DNA of 63,954 bases, counting the filler, from Klebsormidium nitens (lineage: Eukaryota > Plantae > Klebsormidiophyceae), in the NCBI GenBank assembly GCA_000708835.1. It is 5 parts of 5 records of this genome, joined end to end, with 100 filler letters (N's around TTAATTAATTAA, not from the genome) between each part and the next. Parts side by side here need not be neighbours in the genome. Positions count along the whole stretch, not along the records: positions 1 to 12,993 come from DF238105.1; positions 13,094 to 38,502 come from DF237764.1; 3 more parts are not named here. One strand, 5' to 3'. Below the pieces are notes generated by a model, which had not been told where the DNA came from, searched no databases, and saw only the letters and a list, made by a program, of their open reading frames with translations. Positions 11,801 to 22,300 of the stretch are shown here, in pieces. Each line of letters starts with the position of its first letter. The stretch's first letter is position 1. The position numbers were made by a program, and so were the translations under genes.

Positions 11801-12795
11801 GAGTCAGACGTCTTGGCCCCTCCTGCGCGCTGCACCTCCGGCTCCGGCTCAGATTTGATCTCCTCATTGATCGTTTGTAGCGACTCTGCAGGTCATTAGA
11901 CATGCGCCTTTCAGAGGATGGAAAATTCTGGGTACAAAAAAGCCTATTCTGGACACAACATTGCTGAACTCGAGGTTTATAAGATGTGACGATAGCAGGG
12001 TAGGCAACAGCCTATTCGGGAGGGCTCCTTCGAAGACAAGTGGATGACAAAAGCTTGGACACTGACTCGCATCCAGATGAAAAGAACCTACATAACTCCC
12101 TCCCTCTGAAACAGTCTTACAGATAGAGGGCATCAGTGCGTCTTTCGAAGAGTCGAACACTAATTGCCCCAAACAATGAGCGCCATCACTAGAACACGTT
12201 GCTTTGCAACTCACTGGCAATCGGGAATGTGCGACCAGTCGCCTTAGCGCCCGGAAAGCACTCCTTTACAGCTTGGACAGCGTTCTCCATCATTTCCGGG
12301 GTCTCACACGCGATGAAGGGGAGATTGGTCACGCGCTTGGATCGAGCTCTAGCTTCCTACAGAAGAGAAGTAAACGGATTACGCCACTGCAGACCAAATT
12401 GACCCATAGGCCCATCAACAAATAGTCATCCAGGTTGGCTCCGCAAATGCTTCACTAGACAGAGTACATGAGCCTTAACAGACTGAATGAAACTGTATAA
12501 GCCATACCAACCCCATAGCATGCTGAGCAGAGAGACCGACCCCATAGCGTGCTGAGCAGAGAGACCTTGCAAGCATCTGACAAAATTCCCCTCAGAATCC
12601 TCCTCCCCTCTCCTCTTTTGTGTCGAAAACTCACCCTTCCGACGTCCGCTTCCGTTCTTGAAGTCCGTGTGCTACTGTCCAGCTTAAGGTGGAGATTTGC
12701 GATCTCCGAGTCCGACTGCACCCGTCCCAATCTCAAGTCAGCAATCTCTGACTGCATTTGCCGAACCTGGTCGGCTAGGTCGTCCTTATCCACAC
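8869..12795 (-). CDS. PD-(D/E)xK-like domain fused to a fungal-type (FunK1/Crinkler-like) protein kinase; 5' end not located
   Basis: Phase-consistent GT-AG exons: 12566-12795, 12215-12356, 11041-11885, 10138-10299, 9707-9835, 8869-9288. Motifs GRPDAS...TVGEFK, QQIGRG...LENQPDRQHFFSF, ILKLC, VLHRDISLDN, LLFDFS, ITGTPLY and HT...LEGLYISLL. Confidence 0.8.
11669..11750 (-). repeat. Coding 30-bp tandem repeat (QLSEDKPKK[T/S]) in the kinase linker
   Basis: The ORF reads QLSEDKPKKTQLSEDKPKKSQFSEDK. Confidence 0.85.
12511..12566 (-). repeat. 30-bp tandem duplication of a 5' splice site and intron start in the kinase gene
   Basis: cccatagc(a/g)tgctgagcagagagacc occurs twice. The copy ending at 12566 contains the real donor (AAG|GTCTCT). 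Confidence 0.85.
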
Positions 12796-13094
12796 CTGCA
12801 GCAATAGGCAAGAGGTTAACATTTGATAGTCATAGTAATGGAAATACCACTGCTGCAAGCAGATAAGGAAGCAACTACTGGCCTTCACACTCTGTACAAT
12901 GACCGCTTTTGCATAGGTTAGCCGTCAAATGAATGTTGTCTTGAAGAATGGAAAAGCTCTGACTGGAATTGTGCAAATCACAAGTGTCTACCCNNNNNNN
13001 NNNNNNNNNNNNNNNNNNNNNNNNNNNNNNNNNNNNNTTAATTAATTAANNNNNNNNNNNNNNNNNNNNNNNNNNNNNNNNNNNNNNNNNNNNC

Positions 13095-13200
13095 AGCTAA
13101 CCGCGTCTCTCAAACCACAGCTCGTAAGCTATGCAACGTCTGCTATAAGCTATCGAATGTCAGCTCGTAAGCTATGCAATCCTGCAATACGCTATGCAAC
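13095..13200. repeat. Short degenerate repeats (cagctcgtaagctatgcaa) downstream of the histidine kinase stop
   Basis: cagctcgtaagctatgcaa occurs twice, with two weaker copies (taagctatcgaa, acgctatgcaac). Confidence 0.6.
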
Positions 13201-13346
13201 GATGCTCTGCACTGTCGATGCTATACATCGTGACAGTCAACCCAAAGCAACTAAAGTTTAAGGCAACGTTTTATCTTACTGTAGCTTCCACATGAAGCAC
13301 AGCAGCGTTATGCCCATGGTCAAGTGACCAACGAGCCCCTGTCTGC

Positions 13347-16300
13347 CTAGTCCAACGTTGACGGCCAATGCGCAATGGATTGCAACGTGGAGACAAGGAG
13401 CGTCGGGTTTATCGGTTTGCTCAGATACTTATCCATGCCGGCATCCAAGCACTTGTTCTGGTCCGACGCCATGGCGTGTGCCGTCAGCGCCACGATCGGA
13501 GTGTGATGGCCGGATGCGAGCTCAATCCGGCGGATGGCTCTTGTCGTATCATAACCGTCCATTATTGGCATCTGTGTAGAGAAAAAAAGGCATCTCAAGT
13601 TTAGACTCCAACAATTGTAGACCGCCAAACTTGATGCAACTGCAGTGCATCGAAAGCGCCGGGTCGTGATGCAGCCGAGCACGATAGAGCCACAATGTTC
13701 TGGAAAGAGCTAATTATATCTCCGAGATCTTTTCAGAATTGTGCACTCTGGAGCATGATCGGAGACGCGGCAACGCCCACAGTCACACAAGAGGCAAAGA
13801 GGAGCTGACCTGACAGTCCATGAGCACGCAAGTAAAGAGAAGTTCCGGTTCCGTCGTTCCGTTTCCGCCAGGAGCGTAGTGCTTCGTGAACATGTCCACG
13901 GCTTGCTGACCGTCGCTTACGGCCGTCACTTCGGCGCCCAGCCGCTGAAGCATGGCGACCGCGAGTTTCTGCAGGAAACGTAGTCCAAAAATGTAGCGCT
14001 TTCATATGAAAACGCTCCCATTTCTAGGATCCTCGAGCAGGGGCATTCGAGAGAGCCCTACATGTCTCTTGTATTCTGCTTAGAAGTATTGCCAGAAGGA
14101 CGTCTTTCCGATAGACCAGCTGACAAAAGCCTCCGCATCCGAAAATCATACTCGCTTGATCAATATGGTTCAGGCGGACTGTTTTTTGTTCTTCGTATAA
14201 AGAGAGGGAGTTAACTGCTGGTAACCTCCTAAAGTGCTCGTCCGCTTGTGTCCGAGTAGCATCCAACAGGTGGCCACGCCAACGAAGAGTCAACAAGCGA
14301 TACTGAAAAAGGCAAGATAGTGAGATGCATGCGGTTTGGCAAAATCAAGTCAGTCCTTCCTTTCGAATTGGGTCTCTTCCCCAACTCGAAAAGCTACAAG
14401 AAAAAGAATGGCCATGGATCTCAGAGGAAAGACCCGTGAACCGTAAATGCAGAAAGGGGCCTCTTCTCGAACAGTGGAAACAGACAACAAAGAAAGAAAA
14501 GCAAAACGGAAATGGAGAGCAGATCTTCCGTTGAAGTCACCAGGAAAGTGAGCGTTCGTTTGTCAGGAATACGAAGCTTGAAGCACTTGTCACTTGCCAA
14601 AAGTGGTGTCTTCGGAACAGCGGATCGAAAACAAGATCGAAAAGAGCAGACGGAAAAGGGAGTGAAAGAGCCCTCGTGAAATTCACCTGCAGAATGGGCG
14701 TGTCTTCTGCAACCAGGACCTTCATTCCCGCCAGTGCAGGACCGAGCTCCTGTAACTCCGCCTTGGCCGACTTGCGCTCCTTTTTCGCGGCCGCCGGAGG
14801 GATCCCCTCAGACTTTGCCTTTCCTGGTGTTACTTTCTTCTCCGGTGTTAATTCCCTGCCTAGTGTTAGTTGCCCCCCGGGTGTTAATACACCCCCTGGT
14901 GTTAGTACCTTCTCGACGCCTTCGCTGATAGGCTCTCGAAGCTGACTCTCGGCCTGTGCCGTTTGCGTACGAGTTCTATTCGTGCGAGGCGTCTGCGCCG
15001 TTTCAGAACCATCTTCACGTGTCAAACCGTTCTCGCCATCCCCAAAATGCACCCGGCCCTTATCATACGCCTCCCCCCCACCCCGGGGGCTCCTCCCGCT
15101 CTTCTTCCAGTCCTTGTCAGCACCCGTTTCGCTAGGCGCCACGTCAGCAGACACGTCAGCATACCTGCCCACGTGGCCGATGGGGTGCGTAAATGCGCCC
15201 TCTGGCGAAATTCCGTGGTCGCTGACGTCACCCCAGCGGAGCGACTCAAGCCGCTCTGACATCGCTTCGAGTAGGGAGTGGAGGCGCGACCAGTAGACGG
15301 GCTTGGTGGCGAGCAGAGCGCTGCCCCCAGGAGACCACGCTTTCAATACCTGTGAGAAACGGGTCACACAGTGTAAAGATCCGCCCCACTGTTGTAACAA
15401 TCCTTGCTGACTTGACACTCATGGGGCTAGCTGAGCGCTGCCTCCAAGAGACCACGCTTTCAATACCTGCAGATAGGAATTCACGTATTGTAAATGCTCG
15501 CCCTTATGTCCAATCTGGTGCTGACGTTGCGATCAGGAGGCTAGCAGAGCGCGGCCGCCAGAAGACAATGCTTTCAGTACCTGCAGAACAATTAATGCGG
15601 TTTGAATAACCGCCTCAGGTGTACATAATTGTTGCTGACGTGGCACTCAGGAGGCTAGGAAAGTGCTACAGCCAGGAGACCACGCCTCAGTACCTGCGAA
15701 AGAGATTCACACAGTGTAACTAATCTCCCTCATGGTGTGACTACCCGTTGCTCACGAAGCACTCAGGAGGCTAGCAGAGCGTTGCCCCATGCTTTCAGTA
15801 CCTGCGAATGAGCTTTACGCAGTGTGAATAATCTCCCTCATGGTGTGAATACTCGTTACTCACGAGGCACTCAGAAGGCTAGCAGAGCGTTGCCCCATGC
15901 TTTCAGTACCTGCGAACGGCAATGTGAATAGTCTCCCTCGTGGTGTGACTACTCATTGCTCACAAGGCACTCAGGAGGGGAGCAGGGCGCCGACGCCAGA
16001 AGACCACGCTGTCAGTACCTGTAAAGTAGAGCTGACGCACTTAAAATTCCCGCCCTCTTGGTGTGCGTACTCCTTGGCTGACGTGGACGTCGACCTCGGC
16101 CGTCCACGAGAGACCGCATCAAAAGCTTCTTGACTAAAGAGCGTAACTTGGTCGCCTTCTGAAAAGAGCAATCCGACGCTTAGCGCCCTCGATTGTGCGA
16201 CTCTACCGCCCCAATCTGCTTGACCTAACAGTGGACCCAACTCGAAGATGAAAGCACGACACGGATTTGTGTCTTGGGATCGTGTTTGGGCGTCCAACGA

Positions 16301-19300
16301 GAGAGCCAACTGTGCTCCCAGACTCAGCCAAGCAAAGAAAGCCTTCTTCATTTGCACCCCTCAGAAAGAATGTCACTCTTACTCCAGTATGTTCCTTCCT
16401 TGTCCTTCTTCTCCTGATACCACAGAGGCAATGTTTGGAGCTTCGAAACGAATGGTCGAAGGACGAAGCGCCGTTCTTTGTTTCTTTCCGCTGTTTCCAA
16501 CCATGTTCCGCTGACTTCAGTTACCTTCCGCTATTCTCCTGCTGATTCCTGGCAGATTCTGCTTTATCGGCCACCAAAGAAGCAATCTTCGGAAGATTCA
16601 TTCCTACCTGGCGCGTGGAGGCGGGGGTCTCCGTGGAGACGAGCCAAGCAATGACAGCGCCAGGCGCAATTTTCTTTAGCTGTTCGAGACAGCGCTCCAG
16701 CCCCTGACCGTCCTGGTCCGGGGGGGTGACCTGAATGTCGAGGACCACCAAAAGCGCGGGGGGGCCTGCAAAGCGGGGGGGGGCGGATATTCAGTAAACA
16801 GTCAACTGCTTTTCGAAACATCAAATCAAACTTGAGGTGCTCTTAGAGCTAGTCCAGGGCGCTGGCATCAAACCATGTCCTCGCTCGGGACAGCGCTCTA
16901 GCCCCTGGTCATCCTTATTCGGGGGGTGACCTTCTTATCACTGACCACCATAAGCGCGGCGGGTCCTCTGCAAAGAACGGGAAGAAACATTTAGCAACTA
17001 GTAGCTTGTGCTGAGTAAACTCGCGCAAGATAGCGCTCCAGCCCCTGACCGTCTCGATTCGGGGGGGGTGACCTGAATGTCGAGGACCTCCAGAAGCGCG
17101 GGGGGGTCTGCAAAGAGGGAGAAAGAATCTTCAGTGATCAATAGCTTAAGCAACCTTGCTCAAGATAGCGCCGCTGACCGTCCTGGTCTGGGGGGGTGAC
17201 GTGAATGTCGAGGACCTCCAGAAGCGCGGGGGGGTCTGCAAAGAAGGCGAAATACTGTTCAGTAATCAGTAGCTTCTGCTAAGCAACCTCGCCCCAAGAC
17301 AGCGCTCCAGCCGCTGACCGTCTCGATTCGGGGGGGTGACCTGTATTTCGAGGACCTCCAGAAGCGCGGGGGGGTCTGCAAAGAAGGCGAAATGCTGTTT
17401 AGTAATCAGTAGCTTCTGCTAAGCAACCTCGCCCCAAGACGCGGTCCAAGCCTTGAGCGTCTTGATCCGGCGGGGTGCCTTGATATCGAGGACCTTCAGA
17501 AGCGCGGGGGGCTCTGCAAAGAGGGGGAAATACTATTCAGTAATCAGTAGCTTCTGCTAAGCAACCTCGCCCCAAGACTGCGCTCCAAGCCCTCAGCGTC
17601 TTGATCCGGCGGGGTGCCTTGATATCGAGGGCCACCAAAAGCGCAGGGGTTCCTGCGGATGGGCTGGGAAGCAGATCCAGTGATCAGTAGCTTAGGCTTA
17701 GGAAACTCACTCCTCGCTGTTAAAACGTCTTGACGTTGTCTGAGTAGGTCTGAGTACCAAAGTCAAGATGATGATGACAAATGATTTCATTAGTACTTGC
17801 GTTCGGAAAGTAAGAGATGGTTTGGTATTCGGAGAGTGCTGAGCCGGAGGGGTTAGAATAACACCAATCGGAAAGCAGAAAACAGACAAAAACCGCCTCA
17901 AAAGAGCATCACGGAAAGCGGAAAGCGGAAAGTGCAAAGATAAAACGAGAAAAGGGACAACAAGCAAATAGCGGAAAGCTCACTTGTATTTTCGCCACTT
18001 GAATGCGCCTCGCCCGCTTCCAGAATGTCCATGTTGATCGCGACGCTCTCCTGAGGCCTGACGTCAGGGCATATGCCTCCTAGCGCCGGGGCAGCGGCCG
18101 AGGAACGCCGAGTCAACCTTTCCGGGTTTTCGCCAAAGGTCTCGTCCTGACACCGCTTCATTGAGGCGAGCAAGCCGGACCAGTTCTGCGCTTCCCGAAC
18201 CTCCAAACCGTGCTCGCGTATGAATCTGCATATGACAGATGGGGCCTCAGAATCTGTGCCTTCTTGAGCTCCGAATTCAAACAAAGCTTCTGTGGGTGTT
18301 GAGCTTCAAGCTAAACCTTTGAAAAGATTACGAATCTCAAAAGGTGACCCTGACTTTTGGGTAGAGATAAGGAGCAATCCGAACAACTTACAAAAGGCTA
18401 CCTCTTTTGAAAGAGAACTGTAACGAGGTTCCAGATTCACGAAAGCGCTATCTATACAACATATAATACCTGTGCCCTTTGCAATGGAGTTGGTGAGGCC
18501 ACAGCTCATCAACAAGTTGACTGCTTCCTCCCCCGAACGCGATCTGGCGGCTCAGATGACACAACAACAGCACGCAGCAAGTTGCTGCTTCATCTGGTCG
18601 CAACTCTGACGGCTTAACCGCCCAACCTTTCCAATGGAAAACTAGAAGTGCTTATTCGTCGCAAATGCTCTCGCTCAACCAATAACGAACGGCTCAGATG
18701 AAACTTGCACGTATTGCCTCCTCACCTGGCCGCGATCTGACGGCTCAGATCGCCTGGGATCCCCAGCACGACACGTGTCCCCCGAGGGAAAGTGGTGCGT
18801 AGGGGCAGGTCTACCGGGTTGAACCGCATGGAGTGCCGCACCTCCGAGGCGCGCTCAAAGCACACGGTGAAGCCCATCAGAGTACCGGGGCCGGCCTTGT
18901 CTTTCACGCGGATTTCTCCGCCCATCATACCAACTGCGAAAAGGGGCGGGAAATAGCTGGGCAATCGACCGATATCAGCTTCCTGCTTTTCAGATTATGG
19001 GGGCACTGTGTGGTTTGTTATGCTTCAGTGGATTGCCAACAGCAACTGCTGATAAGATCTCAGCGCACAAGGTAAAGCCCATCAAAGTTCCGGGGCCGGC
19101 CTTGTCTTTCACGCGGATCTCACCTCCCATCATACCAACTGCGGAGGGGAGAAATAGCTGGTGTCTGTAAGAGACATCGCATTTCTGTGGACACGTTTTC
19201 GAACACTGTAAATACGACAATCTAATCTGATAAGACGTGAACCCATCAGAGTCCCCAGTCAAGCCATGTCTCTTCACGTGGATCTCACCTCCCAGCATAC

Positions 19301-22300
19301 CGACTGCGAAAGAGGGGGGAAACGGCAAGAACAGAGAGTTTTGACTCTCAGGTAAGGTCCGGTCTGTTATGATTCGTGCGGTGTTGCTGAGAGCATGACC
19401 GAAAAGAGTCCAAAGCACGCGGCGAAGCCCATCTGTGTACCAGCTCCTTGTATTTCACGCAAAGCTTGCTGCCCATCATACCAAGTGCGCAGAAGAAACA
19501 TAAGCTAGTCCGAAGTGAAGGATAGCGCATCCAATTCTCTTCCATCTCTGACCACGCCTCTTGTTTGGACGCTGACCGCTTGACTGGTGCGAAAGTCGTG
19601 GGTGCACGCTCCAATTGGGGTTTGCTTTCCACTTAAACGTGATTAGCAGATGAACGCAAAGTCTTGAAGATATCGCGCCCAAGGGGTTGATACATCTCAG
19701 TAGGGTGAAAGAATGGCGAACGGAGCCCCAAACAGATTCAGCAAACGGCGAGGAAGAAGCTGATGGGCTTCAAGAAGCGACGACGCTGGAAACACGAGGT
19801 AAATACAATCGACGACAGCAATTCTTGATGAAAGACCGCACGATCCCGAGTCCTAGGTCCGTGACGAGATTCACTGACCGCTTGAGCAGCAGTAATGCTT
19901 TGTAAGGTAGACAAATGGAAAACAACGCCAGCGATCCGAACAAGAACTCACCAAGAGACCGCACGATACCTAGACCCAGGCCCGTCCCCCCATGCGTTCT
20001 CGTCGTTGACGAGTCCGCTTGGACAAAGTTCTCGAACACGAGCTCTCTCTTTTCGGGGGGGATGCCGAGCCCCGTATCGTCCACTTCAAACGCGTAGCGA
20101 AGCTTCTCCCGCCACTGCTGCGGGGGGTCCGATTCGCCACGGCTTGACACCCTCCGTCGGAACATCCGGCGGAAGAAGGTGGGTCCGGCGGAAGAGACCA
20201 GGAGGGCGGAATCGGAGTCGGGTCTGGAGGGCGGTGAGTCTTCGACGGGCCGGCCCCTGAAGATTAGCGAAGCGGAAAGTAGTCAGTGCACTGGGTCTAG
20301 AGGCCAATTACTATCTTTCCTTTCCGGCCTCATCGGCTGAGCTTTGGAAGAAGTAGAGATTCTTCTGGATCGACAAGACAAAACGACAGCATCTCAAACA
20401 TGGCACTTCTTCTCAGATAGTGCAATGTTCCAACTAGCATAGTCATCAAATACTTTCAGAGCTTTTCCGTCGAAGTGCAGCTGAATAGCAACTAAACAAG
20501 CGCGTGCCGGACTTCTGACCGATTTTCAGGAAGGGTCCTTGGTTTTTAGGCGAAAGCATCGACTTTAGGCGAAAGCATCGACTCCTGTCAAAAGTGTCAA
20601 CTCTAAGAAAATTTCAAGTAAGACCCAAAGACGCTCAACAACCAGACCCGCTTTGACACAACAACATCGATCGCGTGAGGGCTGGTGGGCAGGGCGTTTT
20701 TGTAGCTTCGAGTGGTGTAAGCATATCCTTCGCTTTCGTTGGATCAGATGTCGATTGAAACGATTTCAACAAGGAGAAACAGCATTGAGAACCGGACACG
20801 GGTGAACGACCCTGAGAAGGGGACAGGCCTTCGAAGGCGAGCTGCAAATCAATTAACGACAGAAAGGAGATCGGACTTCCAAGCCGAGCTGCAAATTCCA
20901 GGAACGAAGCCTTACCTGACTACGATCTGTCCCCCCTGGGACGAAAACTTGATGGCGTTCGACAGCAGGTTCGCAAACACCTGTCGGATCCGCGCTTGGT
21001 CGCCTTTTACCGCTCGCTGCATGTTTTTGGCCAGATCGAGCCCGATTTCGATGCCCTTTTGGTTGCACTGCACGCTGAACATGTCGACCAAGGACTCGAG
21101 CTCCCCGATCAGGTCGAAATCCGCCCACTCTAGATCCACTTTGCCGGCTTCGATCTGCGGGATAGACAGAGAACTTTGTTACATGAAAGTGTCTTCCCTT
21201 TTCCAGTTCATTGGTTGCTTCTCTCTGGAAGGCTGAAGTGGAACAGAAAGGTTGTTCTTTGAAAGCGTCTTCCTTACTACAGTTTCGGTTATTGCTTCTC
21301 TCCGGAGGACTAAGATGGAACAGAATTCTAGAAGTATGGAAAGGTCCTCCCTTCTCCACTTTTGATTGGTGCTTCCCCTAGACGTCTGAAGTGCGACCAG
21401 ACCGCTAACTCACAAGAGCGGTTTACAGAAGATGCCTGTAAGCCTCATATGCTACCGTAGGTACTTCCAAATGACGAACAAAGAGGCGTCCGGAACGTGA
21501 CAATATCCTGCGGTCTTCCAAGTTTTGTACGTCGCCCTAAGATTTTGTCCTTCTAATCTTGGACCTGTCTGGTACCTCTTGGGCACAAACAAGCCTTGTG
21601 TGTCGACAGTTCTCTGGGGACACCATGAGCGTGCCAATAACACATTTGTTGCTGGAAGTGCCAGATTTTTGTGTCCACTAATCCAGTGACATCAACGCAA
21701 CAGCAGACCGAGTTTTGCACACCAATGTCTCAACCACACTTGGCAGGCCGCTCAGACGAAGATGGAAAGAAGCCGTTGGGCGGCAGATGAGAGCGTAAAA
21801 AGAGACTGACCTTTCCAAGATCCAGAAGGTTGTTCAAGAGGCCGAGCAGCCCGGTAGCGCACTGCCGGATTTGCGATATGTTCACCTGCAGAAGGAGCCA
21901 GATCAGATTAAGTTGACTTTAGACTTGGTATAGACTTGGTACACACTTGACTTAAGCTTGGTTCAGACTTGGTTTAGACTTGGTATGAACTTGGTTTTGA
22001 CTCGGTATAGACATGGTTTAAATAAATCTCAATGTCCTTACTCCTCAAGGGGGCTAAGAGGTGGACCCCCGGGGCGCTGCATGTGCTCTTTGGACTTTTA
22101 AGCTTTCGCTTCCAGCACGCTGCACTTTCGTAATGCGGGACTCGCTTCACACTTTCAAAGAAACGACAAGCCAGGTCAGCATAAACCTGCGAATCTGTTG
22201 GCCGGATACCCAACGGTTAACACCCACGACCCCCCAAAAAAGCGTCAAAGGCACTTCCACAAGCGTCTACGTCCGCTTACGAAGCGCCCATCACCCGATT

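Noticed and set aside
13038-13049. TTAATTAATTAA palindrome inside N runs (also ~38547, ~50584, ~62554)
   Set aside because: An identical 12-mer centred in four gaps that stops all six frames is an assembly spacer, not biology.
15971-16357. Extra histidine kinase exon near 16040-16140
   Set aside because: Exon 16608-16765 joins 14687-15349 in phase and gives the expected pseudo-receiver sequence (STRQ|VLKAW...KPVY), so no extra exon is needed.
18990-19418. Independent 142-aa ORF with kinase-like words
   Set aside because: It is intronic sequence containing echo copies, not a separate gene.
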